Positions 1-14,000 of a DNA stretch of 64,000 nucleotides are shown here, piece by piece. The position numbers were made by a program, and so were the translations under genes. The stretch is from contig NW_027117341.1 of assembly GCF_038025025.1 (NCBI RefSeq), positions 620,001 to 684,000 of the forward strand. Reading direction: 5' to 3'. This DNA comes from Phyllosticta citribraziliensis. Taxonomy: Eukaryota. The notes beneath the pieces were generated by a model that saw nothing but the letters and a program-made list of their open reading frames with translations, was not told where the DNA came from and made no database searches. The stretch's first letter is position 1. Every line of letters begins with the position of its first letter.

Positions 1-62
1 CGCCATTCCCAGTCCCAGTCCCTCCCATCCCACCGTCCCCGTGCCGGACCTTTGACCACACT

Positions 63-3000
63 ATGGCGCTCGCAGACCTCGAGTCGCCCATGCTCCCCTC
101 CCACAACCATGGCCACTCGTCTGCCGATTCCATGGTCACCGTGCCCCTGTCGCCCACCGACCAAAACTACGACCAAGACTTCGACACTCCTTCCGCAAAG
201 ACGACTCGGGACACCACTTTCTCCCAGAGCTTGGATGCCGCCCTCGTCGACCGCCTCGACTCCCGAAAAAAGAGACCCACCACAATCATCACAAAGGCCA
301 TGTCCCCATCCCGAAGAAGTACCCTGGACTCGCTCGACGACGACGCAAACGTCGACTGGGACACTCTAGACAAGAAGGAGGGCGAAGTTGAGCGCGATGG
401 AGGCGCCGACGAGGTTTGTCTCGCCGACTCCCGTCCACTCTCCATCCTCGACCCGGCTAACCACACCAGAGCACCGCCCTGCTGCTGGAAAGACTCGAGC
501 AGGCCAACCAGGCCATAGCCACCGATCCCAAGTCCGGCCTCAAGCCCCGCGCACGCAGCCAGTCTCGCCCACCCTCCATCAGCCAGATCAAAAAGATGGT
601 CGAAAATCAAAATGCAGACCAAGTCCGCTACTCTCTGCTGCCCTCACCACCTCCAATGACCGAGCTCGACTTTTGGGCTGCCCTAGTCCGCGACTACCAC
701 GGCACCGCCCAACGTCTCCCGACCCTGACAACCAACAAGATTCGCTCTGGCATTCCTGCTCCGCTCCGTGGTGTGACGTGGGTGAGCATGGCCGGCGCGC
801 GAGACCGCCAGCTCGAGGACCAGTACGAGCGTCTGTGCAAAGAGTCGAGCCCCTATGAGAACATGATCGGCAAGGACATCGGAAGAAGCTTCCCGGGCGT
901 CGAAATGTTTAGAGATGCCGAAGGCGAGGGCCAGAAGATGCTGGCGAGAGTGCTCAAGTGCTTTAGCCTGTACGATGAAAAGATTGGTTACTGCCAGGGC
1001 TTGGGATTCCTCGTCGGCCCGTTGCTCATGCAAATGGGCGACAAGGAGGCGTTTTGCGTGCTAGTCAGGTAAGCGACCGCTCCCCCTTGGGACGCCGTCA
1101 GGTGATTGACCGTCTCCAGGTTGATGGACGACTACGACTTGAGGTCCTGCTTCTTGCCGGATCTGTCAGGCCTCCACCTCCGCATTTACCAATTCCAGCG
1201 ACTGCTCCACCAGCACCTCCCGCAGCTCGCCGAGCACCTTGACGGCATGCAGATTCATGCCGCCTATCTTTCCCAATGGTTCCTATCTTTCTTTGCCGTC
1301 ACGTGTCCGCTGCCCATGCTTTTCCGCATTTACGACGTCATCTTCGCCGAGGGTGCATCGGAGACCTTGATGCGCGTGGCGCTCGCCATCATGACGAAGA
1401 ATGAAAAGCGCCTGCTGGCGCTGGCCGAATTTGAAGATGTCATTCAGCTTTTGCTGTCGCGCGCGCTGTGGGATCCTTACGGCTGCAACGCGCAGTCGGC
1501 TGACGATCTGGTCAATGACTTTTGCAGCTTTACGGGCGTCGTCACCCGCGAAAGTCTGCAAAGTCTTGAAGTTGGCTTCAGGGAAACGCAAGGTGACGAT
1601 AATGTTGCCAAGAGCCGTTTCCTTCCCGAAGTCCAGAGCGCCGCACAACGGTTCCTGGGACGCATCTGGGGACCTGACAAGAGGGCGACTCTTACTCCCC
1701 CGAATCCCGACAAGCAATCACGTCCTGCCAGCTTCATGAAGCGGACGACTTCGAAAAACAGCATCGCCTCGACTCTAAACTCTGTCGAGGCTTCGTCGGA
1801 CAGCACAGGTAGAAGCCATGCTAGCACAGCTACCGCGCTGACAGAAATGACATCTCGCTCACGCGAATCTTCGGCAGACAATGCGTCCGTCAAGTCGCTC
1901 AAGATGGATCCGAACCGTCTTACTATTTCGGCCAAAGACCGCGATTTTCACACCCAGATTGAAGATCTCCTCACGGCACTCAGCGAAATGCAACGGGAGC
2001 AAGCCAATATCACAGCTCAACTACAGCGGGAACGCGAGGAGCGCCGCGAGGACCACCGGATCGTTCGCTCTCTTGTTGATCGCGTCAATATTGATCAGAA
2101 TGGAGATTCTCTGCGGCCTCCTTCGTCCAAGGCTGACAGGCGTCTTACTCTTCCTGTAAATATGAATGGGAACGCCGCAAACAAGCGACTTTCCACGCCG
2201 CTGTTGAGCCCTGTACAAAGCACAGACGAACTCTTGAAGGTTGTAGAAGAACGGTTCCCCAAAAAGGCGCATCATCATCGCAACTCTTCTGTATTCGAGA
2301 CGAAGCAATATCTGCGCGACGCGTTGGCACGCACGAAGGAGCAGCTGCAGCTTGAGAGCAGCCGCTCGCAGTCTCTGTCCCGCCAGCTTCTCGATGCCGA
2401 AACCGAGACTGACCGTCTGCGCAACGAACTCAACGAGGCCCGCCGTCGTCTGCAAGACTCGCATGTGGATAAGCAGCGCCTCGAGCGAGGCATCCAAGAT
2501 CTCAAGCAGCAGCAGGCAAAGGTTTCCAAGTCCAACACGTGGCCTGCGGCAGAGACTGTTCCTGAGGTCCCCACCCTGACTCGCAGCAACACGACCGAAT
2601 CTCCCAACAAGGGGCTCCGCGAACTGAAGCTTGGCCGCAGTACCTCGGGAGGCTCAGCTCGCAACAGCATGCGTGGCGGACCCATGCTCACTCGCGTCAA
2701 CACCTATAGCTCACCTACATCTGCTCCCCGCTCAAATCGTGCCTCCTCTCCCCATGGAAGTGGGACGTCTCAGTTCGATAAGCGCAGTAGCAGCGTGTCT
2801 GCACACGCTGTACTGACTCCCACTGAGCACCATCCTTTACCAGCTGAAGACAATCTCCTGGCCGATCTCGTTTCGGCCAAGACGTCAGAAGCACTCGCCA
2901 AGCAGGAGCTCGAAGAGCTCAAGGCCCGGTGCGAAGGCATGCGCAAGGAGCTCAGCAAAGCCAAGGAAGCACAAGAAAAGGCCTTGGCCGAGGCTGCTGC

Positions 3001-3178
3001 CGCGCAAGCTACGACAGCGTCGACGCCCGCCACGCCCAAGGAACTTGAGCCAGTCAAGACGTCCAAGTCAGAAAAGAAGCCCGGAAGCTCACATTCAACA
3101 ACGACGAGCAACTCGGGAGGCGGCGGCTGGTTCTGGGGGAAACGGACAATGAGCTCAACCGTTGTGGAAACAAAGTGA
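63..3178 (+). CDS. GYP5: TBC-domain Rab GTPase-activating protein (Gyp5/Evi5-like) with coiled-coil C-terminus; introns 414-469 and 1069-1119; the frame is open to the window edge, so the true start could lie upstream
   Basis: GIPAPLRGVTW, IGKDIGRSFP (Arg finger) and GYCQGLGF (Gln finger) TBC motifs; canonical introns join the three ORFs in frame. Confidence 0.88.
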
Positions 3179-4135
3179 TGTACGAGAGGTGTTTCCGGTT
3201 GTACAAAGCGTAAGTATGTGGGACACACGGATGTACGGCCTTTTGTTTTTCTTTCCTTCCATTTACCCCTTTCATCTACCCCTCTCCATCACCTTTGTCC
3301 ATCTCATTCCTCCTCTTCTTTCTCTCTCTCTCTTGTACACTGTAACGACAGGACATTCCCGGGGCGGTGTCTGGTGTTGATTATTTTCTTGTCCATTTTC
3401 TCCAAGCTTTTCTTCTTTTCCATTGTAGCTGGCACATCTGGCGAAAAGAATGATTGAGCATAGGTGGCATAGCATGGGGAGAGCAAGCGCACCAGCGAGC
3501 CGAATTTCACATTTTGGCATTTTTCTTCTTACTACATCGACCAGCTGTTTCAGCCATGTCATTGCATCTTGTGTTGAGATCTTTTTGCCGGTGTTTTCCA
3601 ATCAATTGCGCAGCGCCAGGGGCGGCGCGGCTCAGAACTGCATACCGAGCATTGCATGTGGATCATGAGCGTTGTATAGAGCTCAGGAACGAGAGGCGTA
3701 TTGGTGGGGCGCATCGTGGAGAAACATTTCCTGAAGACCAAATGTTGTGTAGAGTCTCCTGTTTGCGTCGTTGCATTTGCATACCAAGTTTTGCCAGCTA
3801 GAGCACGCGAGACTCGTTGAGACGAGCGCCATTCGATTTTCTGTACTCTATCCAGTGTAACGCAAATCTCTCCGCCACCAAGATGCCATCCTCCGTCAGT
3901 CTGGAACCGACCATCTTGATGTTTCCAACTCACGACCCGACGTTATATGTCCAACGGTTATCCAGCCGTGTGGTAGCGAGACGCCGTTGTCCAACCCGCT
4001 AGCCGCATCGGGTTAAGCGGCGACCCTTAGCGCCATCACGTCGAGATATTTTACGTCCATCAACGTACCCCACAACGCCGCCTCCGCCGCCCTACATTGC
4101 GCCATTTGCCCCAAAAAATTTACGCAGACGCCAAA

Positions 4136-5906
4136 ATGCCGCCGACCGCGCCCTCGGACTCGTCTTCGGACGCTGGAAGTGACCCGCTCGACCTGCGCAA
4201 CGAGGAGGGCTGGGAGGATGTCGAGCCCGATGCCGATGTCGAGGACGTGCGCGTCAAGGGATTGTTTGATGAGACGGTTGAGTTTAAAAGTGTGAGGGAG
4301 CTGGTGGAGGGGACGAAGAAGGCTGCCGGTGTGGATTTGGCGGAGGTGGTGAAGAGGTTTGGTGAGTTTTATTCTCCTTTTTTGCCGTCACGTGGGAACT
4401 TGCCAATTTTTCTATTGATGTTGATTGAAGAGCTTTGGGGTCAATTCTTGGATTGGGCCGGGCGTGAGCTAATTGGAGTGCAGGTCTTGATTTTTACCAG
4501 CGCATCAAGCTGGTGAACTACATTCGCAGCCAGGTCCGCGCCGGCAACTCCAAGCCGGACCTCTCATCTGCGGCTGCTTTTGCGGACGACAAGTATCTGC
4601 AACCAGTCCTCGAAGATGACGCGCTGTTGTTTTTGGTGGACGAGCTTGGGGATGAGGAAGACGCAGACCAAGACCCGCAAGAGGACCGGGTCAAGCAGCT
4701 CGAGGAAGAACTGCAAGCGCTCAAGGCCAACTTTGCCGACTACCGCGAGGCCGTGTCGCGGACGCTGGAGCAGCGTTGGACGGAAAGGGATGCTCCCAAA
4801 GAGCAAAAGAGCGAAGACAAGCAGCAAAAGGGCGTCGAGCAGGGCTACTTTGACTCGTACTCGTACAACGACATCCACGAGACGATGCTCAAGGACAGCG
4901 TGCGCACCGACGCGTACCGTGACTTCATCTACGAGAACAAGCACCTCTTTGCCGGCAAGACGGTGCTCGACGTGGGCTGCGGAACCGGCATTCTGTCAAT
5001 GTTTGCGGCCAAGGCGGGCGCCGCGCACGTCATTGCCGTCGACAACTCGACGATTGTGGAGAAGGCGATTCTGAACGTGCACGCCAACGGCTTCTCGGAT
5101 CAGATTTCGGTCCTGCGCGGCAAGATTGAGGAGGTCACGCTGCCGGTCGACAAGGTCGACATCATCGTCTCCGAGTGGATGGGCTACGGCCTGCTGTTTG
5201 AGGCCATGTTTGACAGCGTCGTCTGGGCGCGCGACCGCTACTTGAAGAGTGACGGCTTGATGGTGCCCAGCCATTGCACGCTGCGGATTGCGCCGTTTGC
5301 TGATGACGACTACGTTGCGGAGCACATCAACTTTTGGCGCGACGTGTACGCCTTTGACATGAGCGCCATGATGGACAAGATTAGGGACGACGCGCGGGTG
5401 AGGAGCCTGGTACCAGAGAGACTTGGTAAGTCGTCCAACAATTGTGCCCGTCCGCTGTCTAATGTTTTCTAGCTGCCGACTCGTCCCTCTTCTTGGAACT
5501 TCCCCTCCACACCATTACCACTCAAGAACTGGAATTCACCAAAAACTTTTCTGTTGAGCTCAGCAAGGATATTGATGCCTTGGACGGATGGTGCATCTGG
5601 TTCGACACCTTTTTCCTCACTTCGAGAGCCGCAAAGCTCCCCGCCGACGCACGGGCTGAGACGTGGAGTGGTCCTGGCGTGGCCTTTACAACCGGCCCGG
5701 GTGGCACGCCCACGCATTGGGAGTCGGTGCTGCTGCTGGCAAATCGCGATGGCAGCGACGGAGAGCTGAAGAAGGGCCAGCGGATTCAGGGAACAGTTGC
5801 GTACAAGAAGGCTGGTGCCAACGCAAGAGGTCTCGGCATTGAGATGCAGTGGGAGATTGAGGGTGTCAAAGACGGTAGACGGGGTCAATCGTGGAAGCTT
5901 GAATAG
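4136..5906 (+). CDS. RMT3: Ribosomal protein arginine N-methyltransferase 3 (PRMT3-like); introns 4362-4483 and 5426-5472
   Basis: YFDSY, IHETMLKDSVRT, VLDVGCGTGILSMFAAKAGA, DIIVSEWMGY and THW loop; PRMT3-type N-terminal LDFY..IKLVNYIR and YLQPVLEDDALL segments. Confidence 0.92.
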
Positions 5907-6444
5907 ACTACAGCGACGCCGAGTACGAGGAACAAGAAGAAGCTTGAATAGAGGGAACAAAAGGTAGACCAATAAGACGGCATGTCGATAGCAGGGGTGC
6001 ATGCGTCGGCGATTGGCGGGCCCAGGGTTAGCTACCTTAGGTCCATGTCGGGTTGCATCCAGGGCTGCATAAAAGTCGCTGGCGCCAGATGACCTCAACG
6101 TCCCGCAGGCAGTTTGCGGACGCATCTGGTTTTGTTAGCTGCATCTCCATGTCGGTGAGCTGGTTGCGTAGACTACTCGTACAGTAGCTTTTCCAAGATT
6201 CTACTCGTCATCCATCACCCACCCACATCCATCGCAGGGTCCTGTTTCGAGTCGCACGGGCCCGCCGCTTGGCCGTCAGTCCGTCCAGTCCGTCTCCAAC
6301 GGTCAGGTCAGGTCGACTCCCCCGGCCGTCCACCACCTCCAAGCTTCCCGAATGCTCGACACCTTCACATGAGCTTGCTTCTTGTTTCCGCCAGACCATG
6401 ACGACCCTGCCGTAGAGCTGCGCACAGCTCCCACGCCTTGTTCC

Positions 6445-9400
6445 ATGCGCGCCATCCTCCCCGGTCGCCCCAACGCAGAGCTCGCTGCTGTGACCACCGG
6501 GCTCTGGGAGGGAAGGCAGATCATCGTAAGCTGACGCTTGCTGCTTCGCACCGCCCTCTCTGCTCTCCAGCTTCTCGATTGACCCTGTCGTTGCTGCTCC
6601 CAGGCATACATATCCGGCAACGCCCTCATTGTCCTCGCCGGCCCGCGCTCCATCCTCCAGACCACCTACCACCAAGATGACGCCCATCTGCGGTCCGTCG
6701 TCTTTGACGAAACGACGGGAAAGCTGGCCGTGGCTTCGAAAAAGGCCGTCTATGTTTACAAGCCGTACGGCGTCGATTTTGGCGATCCGAAAGTAAGGGC
6801 GCACTCCTCTGACGGCGCGGCACCTTGATGGCTGGCTAACTAACGGTGTGCAGTGGTCCCTCCAACACACGCTGACGTTGCCCGACCCCGACGACGACAT
6901 ACGCACGCTTTCGTGGGGCATATCGGAGGAAATTCTCGTGGGCAGCTCCTCGCTCGCCCTCTACTCGACCCACAACCGCGACGCCGAACTGCTCTTCGCC
7001 ACGGCTCTCGCCTCGCCCGTCAAGTTTGCCCATTTTTCCTACGACGCCACTTTCATTGCCTCGACGGCCGACCACGACCGCCTCGTCAAGATATGGCACC
7101 GGCTTTCGTTTGGCAGCGTTGAAGAGCGCTTCGACGTTGCCTACCTCCCACACCCCACCACTATCACCGGCCTGCATTGGCGCCGCCCCAGGCACAGAGA
7201 ACAGCTGATTGAAAACGTCCTGTACACGATTTGCGCAGACAACAAGGTCAGGGTGTGGGTGGGCGGCGATTTGCAGCACGGCCCGGAGATCTTTCAGCTG
7301 TGGGCGGAGATTGACTTGGTCGAGTCCATCAAGCCGCGCGCCATACAGCCGTCTTCGCGGTCGTCCAAGCGGTACGCCTTTTTCATCGATAGCGCCGACT
7401 TTGCGCTTGCGACGGAGCGCGCGGTCCAGCAGGCGCGCGACGATGCCGACAAGGAAGAGAGCCAGGCGCTGCAGCACCTCATCGACGTCGCGAATCGCAC
7501 ACCCGAAGTCTGCGTCGTCCTCGACAACCGCGGCAACATGTCCGCTTGGGGCTTAGAAAGCGTGAGCTGCAAGGCGAGAAAAACGTCGGACATTTTCAAC
7601 ATTGCGCACGTTGAGGGATTGCGACTGCACTTTGCCCGCGAGACCATCCCGTTGGAAGACAATGTGCAGTTTTATAGCTTTTGTGGAGACGCTCACGGAA
7701 GCTCGTTCACGCTTCTCATGCACCATTTTGATGGGCGTTTGGAGTGGCTCGAAGGAAAGGTGGACCTGCTGTTTGACCCATCTCCCATCAAGGCCACGCG
7801 GATCGAGCGAAAGGCCATTTTGACTGGGCATCGCGGCGCCATCAAAAAGGTGGTCCGCACTGCGACTGGCCGCGCGCTTATTTCACGGACTGAAGATAAC
7901 GAAGGCGTTGTTTGGAGACAGGAGCATTCGGAGCATGTTGGCAATGTCCTCGCCAGGCACAGCACTGTGGATGTCAACGAGCACATTCACCGCACTTCGC
8001 TGCTACAGGAGGGAAACTTTGTGGCATTTCTGCATCACGATAGCATTTCCCTCTGGGATGCGCGAGGACCGAGAGCGAAAGAGGTGGCTCGCTGCGAGTA
8101 CACCCTCAAAGGAAAGCCGCTATGTTTGCTTCTTCTCCCAGAAGTCGAGGCTGACTCGGGCTGCGTCCACCTGGCCACCGTCTCTTCCCACATGAAGGGC
8201 ATCGCATGGGAGGTTCGCATGCCTCCAAAGAACATGTTTGCAAACGGCCGTCTCAGTCCAGCGCATCATCGCAAACCATCCATCAATGTCCACGGCAAGA
8301 TCTCAATAGAGCAGCTTTGCACCTTTACGCTTGGTTCGGATGAAGATTTGGCTTACGTTCTCCCTGTGGATCCTGCTGGTACTCCTCCCGTAATAACCGG
8401 GTTTCTCGATACTTTTGCTCGCGACGTGGCAATATCCTACACGACCTCTGGAGTGCTCAACTCCTGGACTGCCCGGCTTAACGAGGAAGAGCAGAAGATC
8501 GAGTGGCTCCTCACGTCAACAGTCGATACGGGGATCGAAAACCCCACTCTGGTCAGCGGCACGTCCATTAGGAAGGCCGCGCTCGTCGACGCGGAGAGGA
8601 CAGGGCTTACCATTTGGAACACCAGAAGTTCACAACTGGAGCACGAAGAGCGCTTCGAATCTCACGAGGTGATTCGTGATCTCGACTGGTCATCGTCGCC
8701 GGACAATCAATCCATCCTCGCAGTGGGCTTCCCGCATCGAGTCGTCATCTACGCCCAACTCCGCTACGACTATCTCAACGCAGGCCCATCCTGGACGGCG
8801 ATCCGCGAAGTGCGCATCAGAGACTTGACGCCTCATCCAATCGGGGACTCGGTCTGGCTTGGCAGCGGCAACCTCGTGATCGGCGCCGGGAATCAGCTCT
8901 TCGTGCAGGACGAGGTTGTCGAGGTTGATGACAGCCTCCTCCCGGACTTGCGATCCGTCGCCCGGCGCAAGAAGGATGTCGACTTGTTTACGCTCGTCAG
9001 CAGGCTCAATGGACCGCTGCCCGTGTACCATCCCCAGCTGCTCGCGCAATGCGTGCTCAGCGGCAAGCTGTTGCTCGTGCAGCGCATCCTCATCAATCTC
9101 TTCAAGGCGCTCAAGTTTTACACCGAGGGCGACCCTTTCGATACTTTTCTGGGGCTGTCGCCTGAGGACTTTTGCTCGGATCTCGATGTACGTTACCCCG
9201 CTTGGTTTTGGCCTAATGTTGAACTATATGTGCTAACGATTGCGCAAAGCCCACGCTTAACCCCGCTTCTCGAAAGGAATTGCACTCGTCTTATGCAGAC
9301 CTGACTGATTCGGACGTCGAGCCTGCAAGCGTCACGGAAGAGGTTGCCACTTCTCTCAATGATCTCCTGGCTGCTAAGTCGGTCCCTCTGCTGTCTAGCC

Positions 9401-11047
9401 GTGAGCAGTTCCATTTGGCGGACATTGTAGAATGCGTTGGTACGGTCGAGAAGCATCGCAGGAGCATTGACGATAATGGGTGTCGCTTTCTCTTATTCTT
9501 CCGGCAAAAGATACTGCGAGAGGGTCAGCGGGATGGCGCCGTCAAGAGAAATGGCGTCGTGACTGTCAATGGCCATCAAGAAGAGACGAGGCAGGGCGAA
9601 GTCATCAGCTGGCGAGAGATGGCATGGGCATATCACTCGGGGAGCCAAGATATCTTGCTAGACCTTGTGGGCCGACACTTCCAAGGTCGACTCGGCTGGA
9701 AGGAGGCTAGAGAGGCGGGCGTTTTCATGTGGATGACGGATCTGAATGCATTGGTAAGTGTGTACCACTCGCTTTGGGGGAAATGGTTCTGACATGAAAC
9801 AGAAAGCTCAATTTGAAGTCGTTGCCCGGAACGAATACACCAAGACGGAAGAACGCAACCCGGTCGACTGCGCGCTTTACTACCTGGCCCTGCGGAAAAA
9901 GACTGTCCTCCTTGGACTGTGGCGCATGGCCACCTGGTCGCGTGAACAGACTGCGACGCACCGACTTCTCCAAAACGACTTCTCAGAACCACGCTGGCGC
10001 ACTGCGGCGCTTAAGAACGCCTACGCACTCATGGGCAAGCGCCGCTTCCACTACGCGGCCTCCTTCTTCCTCCTCGCCGACCACCTCAACGATGCGGTCA
10101 TGATCCTCGCAAACCAGTGCAACGACCTGCAACTCGCCATCGCCGTCGCGCGCGTCTACGAAGGCGACGACGGCCCGGTCTTGACCAAGTTCCTCAAGGA
10201 GCGCGTGCTGCCGCGGGCCGTCATCGATGGCAACCGCTGGGTAGCAACGTGGGCGTTCTGGATGCTGGGCGAAAAGGACAAGGCGGTGCGGGCGCTCGTG
10301 TCGCCGCTGTCGACGCTGCTCTCGCCGCCCGACTCGCCCACGCTCGCCTCCAAGCTCTTCCTCTGCGACGACCCCGCCCTCGTCGTGCTGTACCGGCAGC
10401 TGCGGCAAAAGAGCCTCCAGACGCTGCGCGGCGCCCTCGCCGTCTCGCCGCGCGCCGAGTGGCAGTTCGTCGTCCACACGGCCCGGCTCTACGAGCGCAT
10501 GGGCTGCGACTTGCTCGCCCTCGACCTCGTGCGCGGCTGGGAGTTCCTGCTGCCCACGCCGTCGCCGGCCATCCCGGCGTCTCTCACTAAAACGACTACT
10601 GATGCTGCGGAGGACGTCGTCGCTGATCTGAGGAGCCCTGCTGCTGCGGGCTCTGGCGGTCCGACGTCGCCGTATGACTACGCTTTTGACCCGAAGAAGC
10701 TGCTGCGCAGGCGCAGTAGCCTCGTTGTGCAGGACTTGCCTATGCGCAGTGCGCTGGATGGCTTTGTCGATGGTGGTGCTGAGGTCAATGGTGGTGGTGG
10801 CGTCAATGGTGCCGCTGCAGTCAATGGACATGGTCACGAGAATGCCAACGAACAGAAGCAGAATGGCGATGGGCAGAAGAAGCAGAATGGCGACCACGCC
10901 AAGCATGAGAAGACGGCAGAGGTGGATGGAGAGACGCAGACGCAGACGCAGACGGAGACGGAAACAGAGGGCAAGAAGAAGAAACCGCCGCCGACGCAGT
11001 TTGTCGAGCCGGATGCTAATAGCTTGTTGGATTCGTTTGGGTTTTGA
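6445..11047 (+). CDS. RAV1: RAVE complex subunit Rav1 (V-ATPase assembly regulator, WD-like repeats plus Rav1 C-terminal domain); introns 6526-6603, 6793-6853, 9188-9249 (AAG acceptor), 9754-9802
   Basis: N-terminal MRAILPGRP; RLNGPLPVYHPQ, LYYLALRKK, WRTAALKNAYALMGKRRF and DLQLAIAVARVYEGD are Rav1/Rabconnectin-like motifs; introns keep the frame. Confidence 0.92.
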
Positions 11048-14000
11048 GTGGCGTGGCGTGTGGAATGGGTGGGTTGGTCGGTGTGGGTGTTAGGGTTTGG
11101 AGGGCGGTAAGGGGGGAAGAAGGAAAGTGAGAAACTGAGGTATATCCAGGCGTGAATGAAATGAATCATGCCTGATGGAGATCGAATGGACCAGTGGTCT
11201 CTTTGATGTGCTTCAGGTCTCCTGAACTGGTTGGACTATCTCTTTTCAACGGTCGTCTCTCTGACGTTGAAGAGCGGCTTTGTGTGATGCATTGTCCGAG
11301 TACGCCAGTGTCATGACTTTTGTGGCTGACCCCGGCAGCCAAAAGGAGGAAAGCCATGTTCGATTCTTCTAGCCGTGTCCGTTTATGCCAGTGGTCGCTG
11401 TGTAGACAGTCGTAAACACGTAGCTGGCTGTGGTCGTCCTTTTACAGACTCCAGAAACACCCGCCCACCGATCGCGGCGCCGTGCTACGGACACTTCGCT
11501 CGTCTGACCCGCTCACATGCCATAATACGGACCCGGGCTCGCGACGGCATCATATGCTTCCGCCGCACATGCCTAGCTGTGGAGGTATAAAGGCGACGCT
11601 TTTCTTGTTGTTCGAGGAAGCCTCTCAACCGCTCAACGTCAGTGGTTGTCGAATCCGCAAGGCGACCTCGGAAGATGAAACGCGGCACTGGGCCAGATGG
11701 GATGTGTGCGGGAAGAACTGAGACGTGGCATACTGGTTTGGCTTGGGTTGGTCTGGGTTGGATGAGTGGATGTAGAAAGGTTTGATGGTGTCGTCGTGGT
11801 TTGTCTGGTCATTTGGTGGTGGGTTTCTTCGCTGTTTTGTGAAGATGCTGCGGGTCTGTCGCGTGTTGAAGGAACAGTGAGGAGCGGCTGGCAATGGGTT
11901 TGAGCGAACGACCGCAAAGGAGTAAAATATGGTGGAAAGGTTGTTGTTTCCCCTGTCCCACCAACCAGCCGAGTGGGTGGCTTTCTCAGGTCTTGACACC
12001 TGCAGACCTCTCGTGGGTGCTCTGGAATATGTGTTGACTGCCTGGAAAGTTGCTGAGAATATATAGTCGCAGAAATCAGCACTGACCAAGCACCCGTTTC
12101 TGTGACTGCGGCGCGTGGCAGCCTTCCGACGCTGAGCTATGGCACATGCCGCTGTATTTCGTGGCATGGGGACTGGCGGTGGTGGTATAAAAGAGCAGTG
12201 CAACCTCTGCAAAGCTGTAGGGCAATCCACCGACCGTGTGGAAGAAATTCGGTTCCAGATCACTCTTTGTGTTTGGAGGATGCGTTTGTAGAAACTCTTC
12301 ATCTTTCACTTCAAAGCTGTTGTTTAAAGATGGCTATCTTACCTCTTCTTCCAATGCTGCCGTTCGGTATCCATCTTGATCAGTGGCCTTCGCCATCATT
12401 AGAAGACGGTGTCCTTCATCCCACTAAATACCGAGGCTAACACGAATACCTAGACACCCACCCGCGACCCGCGCACGAGGAGCATTGCACGCACGGCTCC
12501 CCAGTGCCATATCCACCACGCGCGACTTCCGCCCGCTCTTCACGCACATGGAGCTTTCGCGCATCTGATCAGTCGGCTGCCACCGCACGCGGGGCCTCCA
12601 CGTGCCAAGGCAGCTCACCCGGCACCAACTATAAAGTCTGCGCCGTCGACGGCTGGCTGTCCTGTTCTTCCACCAGCAATGAGCGTGCGGGCGGAGCGGT
12701 GCTGTGGGACACAGGCACAAAGGCTCCAAGTCGATCCCACTTGGGGTCTGTGTGGCGCGTGGGCGGCGAACATGGCTTGTGGCACTTGGCTGCTGTTGCA
12801 GTTTGGGGTGGGAGGAGGAGGAGGAGGTTTTGCTTGTGGCTTTGGTGAGTGGTAGAGGCGTTGGCGCTTGGTGCTGGAGTTCAGCGCTTCGCGGTTATGA
12901 TGCGCTGCGTTGATGATTGGTATTCCAGGCTCTCCAAGCAAGTAAAGATAAATAAGGAGAAAGCGCAAGAGAAAGTGTATCAAGGGAGGGAAGCGACAAG
13001 GGCAGTCGGGATCGTCTCCATCGTCCTGCCGCCAAACCAGGCGTACAAATCGGACTGGCTGGCTGTTGCTGCAAGTCTCACGTCGCAAAGAAGTATATAA
13101 ATACGCGCCGTAGCGATCAGCCGTGCGCAGTCACCTGCTCCCCGGCAAAATCACAAGCAGATCGGATTGTCACATTCCAGCCGCTACGCATGGCAAAATG
13201 GCAAATGACACTTGCTTTTCCTTGCCTGGCTGGCTTCTGACAGCACCGCAGAGCAGTCACGCTGATCCGAGCTCCGCGGCCGACGAGTATATAAACCGCC
13301 ACTGCTCCCGCTCTGAGCTTCTTTCCACGTAGGACACGAGCCCTCGCGCGGCTCAGCTGTCCGGAAGAATGAAGTCGGATTACTGTTTCCGGGTCCTCTC
13401 CATCCCTCATCAAGTATGACACTTTTGGTTTCGTTGTGGAGGGCTCGCAGTTGCGGTGGCTCAGGGGTAAGTTGATCTCTGTTGAGGCGTGCTGAAGTTC
13501 GACGTACGTGGTCAGTGATTCAGAACGTAAGGAAAAGTTCATGAGGAGGAGTTTCATCCCGCAGGAGAGCTTGCGGCAAACTTGGAGATAGTCGCAGGAA
13601 GAGTTAAAGCGATCTTTCCAGCTCCTGCCCACTTCAATCCAGGAAAAGCTTGGCTGACTTGGCTGTTCCAGTCACTTCACGAAAAAGTCGCAATTACTCT
13701 GGCCAGCCTCCTGCGCAGTCAATTCCCGTGATTACCGCTGGCAGCCGCCCGCAACTATAAAAGCTCCCTCTCTCTTCCCTCCACACATTGCCTTTCCATC
13801 GACATCGCGCTGGCACCGACGTGCAGTCAATGGACCAAACAAGGTCCAGGGGCTACACTGGAAGCGCAACAAAGTTCTACTTACTTTTCTTTTTTGCGCC
13901 CGTTGCGTCAAACCGGCAGAAGATGATGTGTCTCGAACCGTAAGCCCCAAATTTCGACGGTAAAATTCAGCACCATCGGCAACTGACGGCAAACACCCTT

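Noticed and set aside
12241..12437. RNase P RNA-like words (GAAATTCGGT ... ATACCGA)
   Set aside because: Other conserved regions and the P1/P2 helices could not be found in the right order; probably chance
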